A DNA stretch of 64,000 bases from Octopus vulgaris. Lineage: Eukaryota. Below the pieces are notes generated by a model, which worked only from the letters and a program-made list of their open reading frames with translations, was not told the origin of the DNA and searched no databases. A program made the position numbers and the translations under genes. Each line of letters starts with the position of its first letter. The first letter of the stretch is position 1. Positions 39,223-52,633 of the stretch are shown in pieces. The stretch covers positions 68,386,001-68,450,000 of the forward strand of contig OX597825.1 of assembly GCA_951406725.2 (NCBI GenBank). The letters run 5' to 3'.

Positions 39223-39335
39223 GTAGGTAGGTAGGTAGATAGGTAGGTAGGTAGGTAGGTAGGTAGGTAGATAGATAGATAGATAGATAGGTAGGTAGGT
39301 ATGTAAGTAGGTAGGTAGATAGATAGATAGATGTA
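39089..39335. repeat. Compound (GT)n-(GGCA)n-(GATA)n-(GGTA)n microsatellite
   Basis: Read directly from the sequence. Confidence 0.95.
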
Positions 39336-39917
39336 TAAGTATCTAAGTATGACTGTAGTTTTTATCAACATAATGTAACTGAAGAATCTAAGGAGTGAAG
39401 TGAAAAGCCATTGAAAACCCAGAATTTTTTTTTTCCTTTTTAACAAAGTCCTTTGTGATGCTGGTTCTGCACTGGGTTATACCAATACTCCCTTGTTGCG
39501 CTTGCTGTCAGAAATGCAGCGAACCACTTATTGGCTCCGTTGGAAACCTGTAATTGATGATGCTATTTTCTCGTCAATTGTGATGTAAAATAAATTTTAA
39601 AAAATAAAGGCACATGGCCAGTTATGACAAAATTACATTAACTATGAACGAATATATCTGTACAAAACATCTTTGTTTTTCTCAGATTTAAATCATGTGA
39701 CCAGATCTGGAAAATCCATTTGGAATCGGCAAGCATATAGAAATGGATTCAAGAGGTCTACTAGTGTAGACTTCACACATCAATTAAACATACATGTATA
39801 CATATATACACACAAATAGTTAAAACTCCATTCCAGGAATTTCAACAGAGACCAGTGAGAAGCATAACGACAACAAAAAAAATAATAATAATCTCTTATG
39901 ATAAAATAATAATAATA

Positions 39918-39953
<36 letters not shown>

Positions 39954-40296
39954 TAATAATAATAAATAATAATAATAATAATAATAATAATTGTTTATAA
40001 CTTAGGTATGGTGGGGATGATGCAAATTTAGGGAGAGGGGGATTTGGTTGATTAAAATCAACCCCAGTACTTGACTGGTACTTTAGGGATGAAAGGCAAA
40101 AGTCAACCTCCATGGGATTTGAACTTAGAACATAAAGGTCAAAACTACAAAATAATAATTTCCTGCATAAGAACATGGCCACAAATTTGGGCAGGAGGGA
40201 TTTATCCTTACCCTAAGTAGATAAATCTTTTGCCTTTTACGAAATAATAATGATAATAATAAAAAAAAAAAAACAGAAAATTAAAGAATCTCTTAC

Positions 40297-40584
40297 TTTG
40301 TTACACTTGGTACCCATGACAACCAAATTCTTATCCAACCACTGAGATGCAAAAATCTTGTTAAAATATTCCAGAATGAATTCTTTCTCCTTGAACAATT
40401 GTGGCATGTTAAGGGCAGCTTGCCGTTTTGCCAGTTTACGCGCCCGGTCATTAAATAGTCCATATTGGCGGGCCCAGGTGTAACTGTATAAATATGGGGC
40501 CTTACTTAAGTGTTTCTCTCGTGTGAACAGATATTTCTTCAGTGTAGTATTTGACTGAATCTTGGGCTTCTTCGGACTTTCCAT
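40297..40584 (-). CDS. DCAF12: DCAF12 coding exon 1 (MESPKKPK...FNKIFASQWLDKNLVVMGTKCNK, 96 aa)
   Basis: Matches the DCAF12 motif LNKVFASQWL...VVCGTKCN. Acceptor ttttaattcag precedes exon start 40593; ATG at 40584; donor GTAAGA after 40297; phase 0. Confidence 0.93.
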
Positions 40585-41373
40585 GATTACTCTCTGAATT
40601 AAAATAAAAATTACATACATATATATGTATACATAGGTATGTCACAGGATTCAAGAGGCAGTGAGAGAGTTCGATAAATACATGCACACACAGACATACA
40701 TTACAAATTATCACAATGTCTGGGACTATAAAAATCTGCAAGACCTTCTTAAGATTTAACCCTTTAGCATTCAGATTATTATTAAATGTAATGCTTATTT
40801 ATTCACATTGTTTCTAACCCTTTGGAGACGGAGCCTCATTTGGAGTTCCAGTGCCAAGAACACAGAGCTCTTTCCACAAGCCCTACCAAGGGCATGCACT
40901 TATTTTTCAAAAGATATAAAAAATAAAGTAATTATTTTACATACATAGAGCTAAATATATTCTTGTTGGAAATTGAATGAACTAATACAATCGTCTTATA
41001 TATATATATATATATCATCATCATCGTTTAATGTCTGTTTTCCATGCTAGCATGGGTTGGATGGTTCAACCAGGGTCTGGGAAGCCTTGAGGCTGCACCA
41101 GGCTCCAGTCTGATCTGGCAGTGTTTCCACAGCTGGATGCCCTTCCTAACACCAACCATTCCGTGAGTGTAGTGGGTGCTTTTTACGTGTCACCGGCACA
41201 GGAGCCAGAGGAGGCTGGCAACTTCCACGATCAGTTGGTGCTTTTTATATGCCACCAGCACGGACGCCAGTCAAGGCGGTGCAGGCAATGGCCATGTTCG
41301 GATGGTGTTTTTTACGTGCCAACAGCACGGGTATCACAACTACAATTTCCATTTGATTTTTATTTTGATGTTG

Positions 41374-41406
<33 letters not shown>

Positions 41407-42078
41407 AACACACACACACACATAAACAAACACATACATTCACGATGAAACCTTGATACCCATTCACCTCTAGAAACAAGAGCAAAAACAAAACTTAATA
41501 TCAAACGATAAAATATTTAAAATTATGTTATTAAATTTCCATTGGAATTCCTGTAATATAGCAAACATCTGGAACAAGTTATATATCAGTTCACAGAACT
41601 GAAATAATATTCACGTGATGTAAGAATTCTAAAGCTTCAGATAGATTTTAAAGCGTCAGACAAGATTTCCATCAAAGACTCATACTAGCTTCCTCTGACT
41701 TACTCAGATGTCTTAGTTTTGATGTGATTTCTACAGGTGGATGCCTTTCCTAAGACCAACATCTTCACAGAATGTTCTTGGTTATTCTTCACAACTCTGG
41801 CACTGTAACTTACAGAGGTTGTCATACATGGTTCTTTCAACCCTCCATATATCTCTTTACTCTTTACTCTTTTACTTGTTTCAGTCATTTTGACTGCGGC
41901 CATGCTGGAGCACCACCTTTAGTTGAGCAAATCAACCCCGGGACTTATTCTTTGCAAGCCCAGTACTTATTCTATCAGTCTCTTTTGCTGAACCACTAAG
42001 TAACGGGGACATAAACACACCAGAATCGGTTGTCAAGCAATGCTAGGGGGACAAACACAGACACACAAACACACATAC

Positions 42079-42131
<53 letters not shown>

Positions 42132-43474
42132 CATATATACGACAGGCTTCTTTCAATTTCCGTCTACCAAATCCACTCACAAGGCATTGGTTGGCCCGAG
42201 GCTAAAGCAGAAGACACTTGCCCAAGATGCCACGCAGTGGGACTGAACCATGTGGTTGGTTAGCAAGCTACTTACCACACAGCCACTCCGATTTATCAAC
42301 TCCTTTTGCAAGAGTGGTGGATGCATTTTGCTATGACACCAGCAATTGTGAGGTCACCTTGTAACTTGCAAGGCTAAAGAATTCTTTTGATAGAGAGAAA
42401 AGGGTAATGACTTTTGGCAAGGTATAGCGAGAGGCTAAGTATGGAAGGAGTAGATTTATTATTGAGAATGTGGAATGGTCGAATCTGTAAATGTGTGTAT
42501 AATATATGCCTGGATTTGTGTGTGTGTGTGAGTGTGTGTGTACATGTGTGTGTGTGTACATGTGTGTATGTGTGTGTGTGTATGCATATAAATATATGAT
42601 TGGATATATATAAATCTGCAGGTGTGGTTCTGTGATAAGTTTGCTTCCCAACCACATGGTTCCAGGTTCAGTCTCACTGCATGGCACCTTGGGCAAGTGT
42701 CTTCTACTATAGCCTCAGGCCGACCAAAGTCTTGTGAGTGGATTTAGTAGACAGGAACTGAAAGAAGCCAGTCATATGTCTGTCTGTCCCACCATCACTA
42801 CTTGACAACTGGTGTTGCTCTATTTACATACCTGTAACTTAGGAGTTCAGCAAAAGAGACTGATAGAATAAGTACGAGACTTAAAAAGAAGTCCTGGTGT
42901 CGATTTGTTCGACCAAACAAATCCTTCAGGGTGGTGCTCCAGCATGACTTATGACTTTCGGAAACATTTTCTCACGCTAAGAGTTGCTGAAGCATGGAAC
43001 AAACTGCCAGCATCAGCTGTTAGTTGTCGGAGCACTGCATCCTTCAAAACTTCCATGCTTCCTGAGATTCGCCAACACAACACCTGATTTTCTCCCCTCC
43101 ATACACACGTAAGCATGTATCTGACTCATACACTGTTCACTACATTACTGCATATGTTTTATGTGCACTTTTGACAAGTTGTGGTGCACCTGAGCACTGT
43201 ATACAATAATTTCATTATTATTATTATAATGATGATTTCTAAATATTCATAAATATATACTCTTTTACTTGTTTCAGTCATTTGACTGCGGCCATGCTGG
43301 AGCACTGCCTTTAGTTGAGCAAATCGACCCCGGGACTTATTCTGTGTAAGCCCAGTACTTATTCTATCGGTCTCTTTTGCCAAACCGCTAAGTGACGGGG
43401 ACGTAAACACACCAGCATTGTTGTCAAGCAATGCTAGGGGGACAAACACAGACACACAAACATATACACACACA

Positions 43475-43542
<68 letters not shown>

Positions 43543-46120
43543 TACGACAGGCTTCTTTCAGTTTCCGTCTACCAAATCCACTCACAAGGCATTGGTCGGC
43601 CCGGGGCTATAGTAGAAGACACTTGCCCAAGATGCCATGCAGTGGGACTGAACCTGGAACCATGTGGTTGGTTAGCAAGCTACTTACCACACAGCCACTT
43701 ATGATTGAATATTTATGAATATTTACAAATCATCATCATTTCACATATATTTTCCATGCTGCCATGGATTGGATGGTTCAATGGGAATTGGTGAGCCAAA
43801 GGACTGTGCTAAGCTCCAGTGTCTGCTTTGGCATGGTCTCTATGGTTGGATGCATAAATGAGTGTATAAATATCTGACTGAATATATAAATATTTGCATG
43901 GCTATATCTGGGGAAATATGACAAGAAGAATTTGTGTTATTGCAGATTATATAAATAACAAAAATCAATAAAATCCATCAGGTGACTTCTGCTGGATATT
44001 TTTGTTCAGCAGAACTTTCGCTTAGGGAAAAAAAAAAAGATCTTTAAAATCAATTTAATTGTTACTGTTCAATAGTCCTATTCATAAAACCTGTTACAAA
44101 GACAGGGTGAAATGAAGGCTACTGATTGCTACAGACATATAGTGCAACAGATAAAAACATGTTGAAACTGGAATCACAAAGTATGAGGAATAACTAGATA
44201 AATAAAAGAAACTGCGTCATAACTGATACTTGCTTTATTTTAACCTGCCCAGAGAGTACCTTCGATACAAACACTGCAACTCAGATGTGTAGATTTGGGC
44301 TGTATGCTATATAATGCATTTCATGAGCTTATAAGATGGCCCACAATTTCACCAAGCCCTGTCTTGATACATGTCTCCTCCTAGTGGAGAGTTATTACAA
44401 GGGAGAAAAACTCTTCTTCATAATATTTGGTGGGATTAGAAATTTGAATTTGAAATTAAGAAATATAAGAAAAAAGATGGATTTTACATATTTAATTTCT
44501 TTTTTTCTTTTTTCATGAAATTCTTAAAATTTGTGGCTGGTGCTAATCATGCACAGTACTATTTATTTAGAACCCCCTTTTTTTTTCATAGGTTTCTTCA
44601 TTTTCAGGCCAATGTTAGAAGTATTTAGACCATTAAGAAAGAAAATGAGTAAAAACCTTTTACTCATTAAAAAAACCCTCAACTCTTTCATTAACCCTTT
44701 CGTTACTAACCCGGCTGAAACCGGCTCTGGCTCTGTATTGACCAAAACCTGGAATATCAGCAACGACACCATATCCAGTCTTGGTGCCTTGTTGTTCTTC
44801 ATTGATCATATACTATACACAGAGTGGACCAAAAGTCATGCACCAAAACAACTGAGATTTTATTTATATTACATTTATAGACTGAGTCTGGTGACATGGA
44901 AATTTTGGAAAATATATATTTTATAAACTTTCACTCCATTCTCTTTCTGGAAATCATTACTTTCACCACCAGCATCCAATATTGTTTACACATTCAGAAA
45001 TTGAAACATCCACTTTGAAGTCTACCACATGCTGTACTTGATAGGTTTTTTTCTTTTTTTTCTTTTTTGCTATACAGCAGCACTCTGGTCGAGACTTGAA
45101 CCATAGCTCTCAGATTTTCCCAATCTAGAACCACAAACTAATATATTCCTATAAAAGGAAAAGTGTCAATGTAACAGGTATCAATGCCGACGTGAATATG
45201 GCTTGATCAATCAACACTACTGGAAGTGGTTATACCTCAGAGGAATAAATATGAGTTTTACTACCAGTTTGGCCAAAGATTCTAGAAGGATGGTGAACAG
45301 CTATAAAATGGCTGGCAAATTCACTCTAACTAGAAAGCTACTAGCTGTCTAGAGGAATCAGTACTGCTGGTTTCAAAGAGTTGGTCTCCATCTCTCTCTT
45401 TCACTTTTCTTATGTAACAGTTATGTCTTAACAAAAGGCACCGATTTTAACTTGCAATGTTGAGTAAGATGTATTAATTTTGGGGTTGATTAAATAAGTA
45501 CCAGTTACGCACTGGGGTCGATATAATTGACTAAATCCATTTGTCTGTCCTTGTTTGTCCCCTCTGTGTGTAGCCCCTTGTGGGTAGTAAAGAAATAGGT
45601 ATTTCATCTACCGCTATGTTCTGAGTTCAAATTCCGCCACGGTCGACTTGGCCTTTCATCCTTTCCGGGTTGATTAAATAAGAACCAGTTACGCACTGGG
45701 GTTGATATAATCATCTTAATTCGTTTGTCTGTCCTCGTTTATCCCCTCTGTGTTTAGCCCCTTGTGGGTAGTAGAGAAATAAGGTGTATTAATTACATGC
45801 AGTGATTTAAATTCCTTGCATTATTTTCAAACCATCCAGTAAGTTATATATACAGAAGATTCCTAATTGCTAAGTTAGTTGAATTTTGTTCCCTTAATTT
45901 ATTAGTTGTACATTTGTAGATATAACAATGCAGGTTAATTAAATATTGGAAAACTCAAACTTTGGTGTGGTCATTGTCAACACACACAATCTGCCTCATA
46001 TTGTGAGCAGCCTAAGAAAAAGTGTATGGCACCATGGGCAAGTGTTTTCTATTATAGCCTTGAGCTGACCAAAGCCTTGTGAGTGGATTTGGCAGATGAA
46101 AACGGAAAGAAGCCTATTGT

Positions 46121-46605
46121 AATCAGCCCAATTATTCTACCCGTCTTATAGTGTCAGAGCTATGCTGTCGGGAACGTCAGTTCCTGGTAGGGCCACCCAA
46201 GGCGGATTGGTCTGACACCGAGTGGTATTAGGGCCACAACCTGGCAGATTATATAATGCATTTCATGAGCTTATAATCGGAGTGTCTGTTTCGGCAACCG
46301 GTGGCCCTTCGGTCATTCTGTCCCTGCGTCTGTGGACAGTCTGCGGCAAACAGGATGTCTCCACATGCAGGATTGTTGGGGACCACTTGTGAAATCCACA
46401 TATTTCCACGAAACTTCTTCCATGAATTCTAAATGGCAAAAATAACGGCAACATTGGCCTGCGCCAATGGAACCGTGACTGGCTCGCTATCTCCAGTGAA
46501 CTGGCACAGGACCGTCATGTGTGGGCTGCCATAGTTCGAGATGCCTTGAGGGTGGTAGAAGAAGCCAACTCAACCCGCCTGGGGTGAATGTCGCCACAAG
46601 TACAA
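46121..46605 (+). mobile_element. Bipartite non-autonomous RTE-derived element (longer copy of 37006-37275)
   Basis: 5' acccgtc...ggtagggccacccaaggcggattgg; 3' remnant WNRDWLAISSELAQDRHVWAAIVRDA...; acaagtacaag tail. Confidence 0.65.
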
Positions 46606-47805
46606 GGACCCATCTTATGTTCAGATATGGTCCCTCGCATCTATCTTACACTGTCTTTCTAAAAATAATCACATTATCAAAATCTTGAAGCTTTGATATA
46701 ATGTATGATTACTTCAAAACAATGTGAATAAATAAGTATTATATATGACAGAGTAATCTGAGACTGGTAATTTAGTGCCATCAGCACAAGCCTGTACTGC
46801 TGTTTAATGAATTTTCTCATGACATGAGGCTTTAAAGGTCACAGTCTTAGAATGGTTTTCAACCATGTTAATACAAAGTACATCTAGCACTAGTGCTATT
46901 TCATTCATGTTTGCAATCTGTCCTATTTCAAAATTGTTTTCCTCTTATTTTTCACTGGCAAGTCACGGCTCTACCACTACAGGAATATGGTTAGAACATC
47001 TGAAGAAAGAACTGCAGAAAGAAAATTATTTTTTTTATGAGCAAGGCCAATTGGCAGGGAACTCTGAGGAAGCCCATTAAGGAAATGGATAATATCCATA
47101 GCTTTGAATATTCTTTCTTGTAGATCCATCCAGATCATTTCGCAGGTGGCTGCTTCTAGGACTCTCTGGAAAGAAAGTTCATGGGTTCTGCCCGGTGACT
47201 CTCACTAGAATAAGTAGGTGATGAAGGTGGATAGATGGACCGGATTTTTTTCTTTTTTTTGTGCTTGCTAAAGTTGTCCTTGTTTTCTTTGATCACGTAT
47301 GACTTTCTCAATTCCGAGAGGGTCCAAAATACTTTGAAGCATTCATTTTACAAGCAACTTGCAGGATCTAAATACCAGTTGTCAGAACCCCGAATCTAGA
47401 ACTGTGTGTATAAAGCTGATTTTCTGGGACAGATTTTTTGACAAAAGAAAATGCACTTTATAAGCTGATAAATCTATTTTCGGTTATCAACATGATTTGA
47501 ACCAATGTGATTCCAGTTGAATGGGAGTTTTGCAACAGTAACCATAAATGTTTCTTAGCAGAAGCACCCCCTGGTGTCAAACAGAATAGTTTCCTGTAAG
47601 GATTAGCTAAGCAATTTTCTGCAGGTGCAGGAGTGGCTGTGTGGTAAGTAGTTTGCTAACCAACAACATGGTTCCGGGTTCAGTCCCACTGCGTGGCATC
47701 TTGGGCAAGTGTCTTCTGCTATAGCTCCGGGCCGACCAATGCCTTGTGAGTGGATTTGGTAGACGGAAACTGAAAGAAGCCTGTCATATATATGTGTGTG
47801 TGTGC

Positions 47806-47863
<58 letters not shown>

Positions 47864-48389
47864 GTGTGTGTGTGTGTGTGTGTTTGTGTGTGTGTCTGTG
47901 TTTGTCCCCCTAGCGCTGCTTGACAACCAATGCTGGTGTGTTTACGTCCCCGTCACTTAGCGGTTCGGCAAAAGAGACCGATAGAAATAAGTACTGGGCT
48001 TACAAAGAATAAGTCCTGGGGTCGATTTGCTTGACTAAAGGCGGTGCTCCAGCATGGCCGCAGTCAAAGGACTGAAACAAGTAAAGAGAAGATTAGTAAT
48101 CTAAAACAGAGATTGGGAATGAAGAACACCACTTGCATGACAAGGACACTTATTTACAATTCTCAAAGAAAGGAGACAGTAAAACACACACACACACACA
48201 TGAGACGGGGGTCACTGAAAAGTTCCTGGCTTTAAGGGTATAACTAAAGGCTTGGTTGAGGCCCAACCTTCCAAGTTCTTTCACAGGGCTTAGATAAACT
48301 GAAGGACCGTTGCAGTGAGTGAGTGAATCCGAGGGGGGGGAATATACTGAATAAAATCGTAATTAACTGATCCTCCTGTATTTTAGGAA

Positions 48390-49050
48390 ACGTTGGTCTT
48401 TTCCAAATGTCCTCCACCAACACGACAAGGCTCTCTACCCCTAGTTTTGCGATGCTCAAAGAATGATCAGTACTCTAATTTGGTGCTTTGTCACATAATT
48501 GGTAGTGTGATCCATTAGCAAGTAATAGATATATGGGCCAAGTCTCATTAGCAAATCTGTTGCTCTTTGTCTTGTCTTGGATTGGTGCCAATAATGTCAA
48601 ATATCAAAATATATTTTCACGAAGACATTTTACTATAAATATTTAATCTCCTGTATTTGATGGCACACAAGACCCACTTTTTTTCCAAAAATGATGCATC
48701 ACAAAATACATGAAGTTGGGCAGATATTACATGCTTTAGTGCATCATTTTAAACTGCATATGGAAGTGGAACCTTGGTTTAGGATTCCAAGGTTTTGAGG
48801 AATGGGGAAACCACCTCTCAGCCACTATTGTTCCTAGATCCATTCTGACGCAAAGTAGTAACATCTGTCAGGATGCCAGCTATTGGTAAAATAGCATGTA
48901 AGCACCCAAACCAGGGTATGTTGAAATCAGGAGATGCAGTATGGTGGATGTGAACTATTTTGATGATTGAAAGTATTGAATCAATGTCAAATATTACTTA
49001 ATGATGAGCAGATAAACAGTCAACAAATTGTCATTGGCCACCAAACCACT
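48390..49050 (-). mobile_element. Highly decayed BEL/Pao LTR-retrotransposon pol fragment
   Basis: QLHVFCDAS at about 48718-48692 and a downstream LSIAKL, resembling the Pao LHxFxDAS and SIPRLEL motifs; many stops. Confidence 0.4.
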
Positions 49051-51590
49051 GCTATCATCTATAATTGTGGAATGTGCAGATGAGATGCTGCAGATGCAGT
49101 ATCTCACCTTCTCCTTTTGTTCAGAATAATTTTCTGATAATTAAGGATTAAAGGGTGTGGTATAATTGGAGGGTTTTTGTTCTGATTTTCAATCCACTGC
49201 AGTCATCTGTAGCTGTGGGGTGTACAGATGAGATACTCCAGTTAGTGAAAGATCAATGTAACTAAAACCCGGGTCAGACATTCATGCGTCATCACTCAAT
49301 CAGACTGTCTAGTGTGGAAGAGTTATATTGGTCTGTCTGACCTAGATGAATGGAAGAGTGTACTAAAGTTTTTTTCTTGAATATGAGCTGCTGAAATTGA
49401 AGTGCATCTAATGTACACAATGCATCTTTTATGCCATCAAATACAATATTTTTCTATTTTTCTGCAGGTAGGATGGATTTTATGATATTTATACTTTTTA
49501 TTTTGGTATGGACATTTATAAATTGTAAGAACAAATATTTCTGAAGAAGGAATGCATTTGCTGTTACAATTAATTACACATACATGAAATAGGAATCAAA
49601 CATGTTTTCAATGTAACATTGAACCAAAGACAACCATGATTCTATCCAAATCACAGACCAGATAACAGGGTCTGCATTACAGACAATTAAACTCATAGCA
49701 ATTGATTCTAATTAACATTGACATCTTTATTAAGATATATCCCATCTAAAGTGCTGCACTTTTTCTTTTTAGAATAATTATCTGGTAATTAAGGTTTAAA
49801 AGGGTGTGGTTGGTTAGGAGGCTTCTTGCTTTGGGTTTCAATCCAGTTAAAGCTATTTCTGGTTTTAAAAGAAACCAAGAAAGACTACAACACATCACTG
49901 ATGTATTCCCATATCAAATTTTGAACAATGTTAGGAATGTAAAAAAACCATAAGAATAGGTGTGTCTCATATTTTAGTAACTTCAAATGGAATTTTCCAC
50001 CCTTTAGATGCTGTACTTAAAAAGAATAAGCTTTATTTATAGATGATGGAGTGTTGTGGTGCTAAAGCTGTGTATTATTCTATTTTGGTCAATCAAAGGC
50101 TTAAAAACTGGAGGCAAGTTTAATTTGGCAACAAGGGAAAGGAGGGTTTCATATAAGATCTTGAGAAAAAAGGATTGATATATATTGTGGTGAAAGGTTT
50201 GGTGAGAGAGAATTTAGAGGAATACAAGAAGAGTGGGAGTATATTTCAAAGCCAGTGGAAGAATTTTGACCAAGAAACCCATCTTAACCCACTTAACCTT
50301 AGTTCCTTAGTCTTCAAGAAACATTTCTTTCATAGGTGGTGCAATACAAACTTCCTCAGCTGACCGACAAAGAAGACAGCTACAACTTGCCAGGCATTGT
50401 CAAAGACATTCAGAGCTGTCTGCCAGCCAAGTCAAAATCTAGGAACTACCAACACAAGGAAGGAGGGATAAGCCATAAGAATATCCAGTAAGTTTATTGT
50501 CATCAATGCACTGCAGGGTAAGTTCACCATCATCAATTTACCACAAGTGAAGTTCACAGTCATCAGTTCACCAGTTTTTTTGTTTTTTCAATAAAATAGT
50601 TTTTAACTATTAATGATGAAATACTATGGATATATTTTCTTGGTAAACTTTCCTCGTGATGAACTTTGTCTGTGGTAAATTGATGGCTATAAGTGTCTGT
50701 AACAGGATGAGAGATTCCCGCACTGGATGGGTGCTGCTCGCATCTTTTACATCAAATATTAATTGAAGAAAGAGTCAAGATTTTCCGTTAACTTCAGCAG
50801 TATAAATATTTATTCTTTGATTCGCAATACATGTTTCTTTATTACCCGCAAGGGGCTAAACATAGAGGGGACAAACAAGGACAGACAAAGGGATTAAATC
50901 GATTATATCGACCCCAGTGCGTAACTGGTACTTAATTTATCGACCCCGAAAGGATGAAAGGCAAAGTCGACCTCGGCGGAATTTGAACTCAGAACGTAGC
51001 AGCAGACGAAATACGGCTACGCATTTCACCCGGCGTGCTAACGCTTCTGCCAGCTTGCAATATATTCGCAATATAAACATTTCCTTCCTCTGGGCGAATC
51101 GGCAGCCTAGGAGCTTATCGGCAGTAGTCTAGTGGAGTGAGTTAACCCTGCCCGTTCAAGCATAGCAGAGATGCACCACAAGGGAACTTCTGGCAGGCCT
51201 TCCAGAAGATTCCAACCCTGTGCATGCGTGCTGGAGATTTCCAAGATGGCGTCACACCATGTCCTTCCAAAACCACAGAGAAGAACTTGATGAAGGATGG
51301 TGGTGCCATCATTGCTGATGAGCTTAGGACACTGTCGCTAGAATGGAGTATGTGATGTCTGTCATTATACCCAACTCAAGTGCAAGTTCTAGATGACAAT
51401 GATGATGCAAGGTTACAACTTTTTCAAGGCAAATACACGGACATTTAAATGCAGAGTAATGTCTTGAAGAAATGAATGAACCTAAAACATGGCATTCTAG
51501 AATCTGAACTTATGAATAATACTTCCAGCCTTATACTATGCACTGTGACAAGGAATATTTTCTGCTCCCACTCCTGTTGATCATCTAGAA

Positions 51591-51921
51591 CAGGATTTCT
51601 CAACCATTTTTTATCTATGGACTCCTTTGATTACTGTTTTATTCTGGTGGACTCCCATAGCCATTTGATGCCTAAAAACTAGTTTTATAGAAACTTTTTT
51701 CAAAATTCCTATTTTGTTTTTCACATATTAACTTGTGTAGGTTGAACTCTGTAAAATGTTAGAGAAAGAAACCAAAATGCTTCTCGTAAAACATACAAAT
51801 ACATACATCTAAAGCAAAACTTTTCCAGGGGCCCTTAAAATACTATTGTGGATCCCCAATTTACTATTTTGTTACATGGACCCCCAAAAACCTTATATGG
51901 ACCCCGGTTGAGAACCCACTG
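51591..51921. mobile_element. hAT-type MITE; related end fragment at about 14300-14433
   Basis: caggatttctcaacc ... ggttgagaacccactg TIRs with ggacccc subterminal repeats; no clean 8-bp TSD. Confidence 0.65.
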
Positions 51922-52242
51922 TGCTAAATAAATTATTCTTTAGAATTTCAGCCTCACACATTTCTCCTTATTATGTAGCTTGAATGTCTATCCTAACACC
52001 ACATCACTACTAATTTCATTGCTTTCCACCTCTGCTCAGTCACTCCCAACCTCTCTTCTAAAATGTGAGTAGTCATATAGCTCCTCTACAGCAAGAATTC
52101 TCTGCTGTTCCTGGCTCTTTTTCTTATATTTCATCTCCTAGCATAAAGCTGCCCTCCTTGGGTTCGGAGTCTTGCAAACTGCATGGCAACTGCACTAGTT
52201 CAGGTTGGGCAGGGGCAAAAAAGCATCCCACACATGCTGTAA

Positions 52243-52633
52243 GCCGTTCAAGAATTTGGACCTGGAGATCCCCATTTCCAGCGACTTCGAGGGCCACCTC
52301 CCAGTGGTGTCGGGCGTCAACGAAGAGCCCTCGACTACAACAAGACAACCAAAGTTTTTTTTTCCAAGGTCTGGGGTCTCCCAACCCTAAGCCCTAGACC
52401 ATCACCTAATCACCCTTACCCGTCTTGTTGCTTAAATTTGGACCTGGAGATCTCCATTTCCAGCGACTTTGAGGGTCACCTCCCAGTGGTGTCGGGCGTC
52501 AACGAAGAGCCCTCGACTACAACAAGACAACCAAAGTTTTTTTTTTTCAAGGTCTGGGGTCTCCCATCCCTAAGCCCTAGACCACCACCTAATCACCCTT
52601 ACCCGTCTTGTTGCTTAACAACAACAACAACAA
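52243..52633 (+). mobile_element. Tandem dimer (about 183-bp unit) retro-insertion with an (ACA)n tail, inside a family C element
   Basis: Units at 52253-52434 and 52435-52618 are nearly identical; ca(c/t)atgctgtaa at 52231-52242 and 52634-52645. Confidence 0.8.

Noticed and set aside
44531-44926. Hydrophobic ORF or possible NUMT
   Set aside because: No recognisable mitochondrial protein motif, and the region is interrupted by a TTAA-MITE end at about 44691.
51243-51251. YY1-like AAGATGGCG promoter motif
   Set aside because: It lies in what looks like a decayed LINE 3' fragment (minus strand GRTWCDAI); no other promoter evidence.
52385-52397. CCCTAA telomeric repeat
   Set aside because: Only single imperfect units inside the 183-bp dimer; not an interstitial telomeric array.
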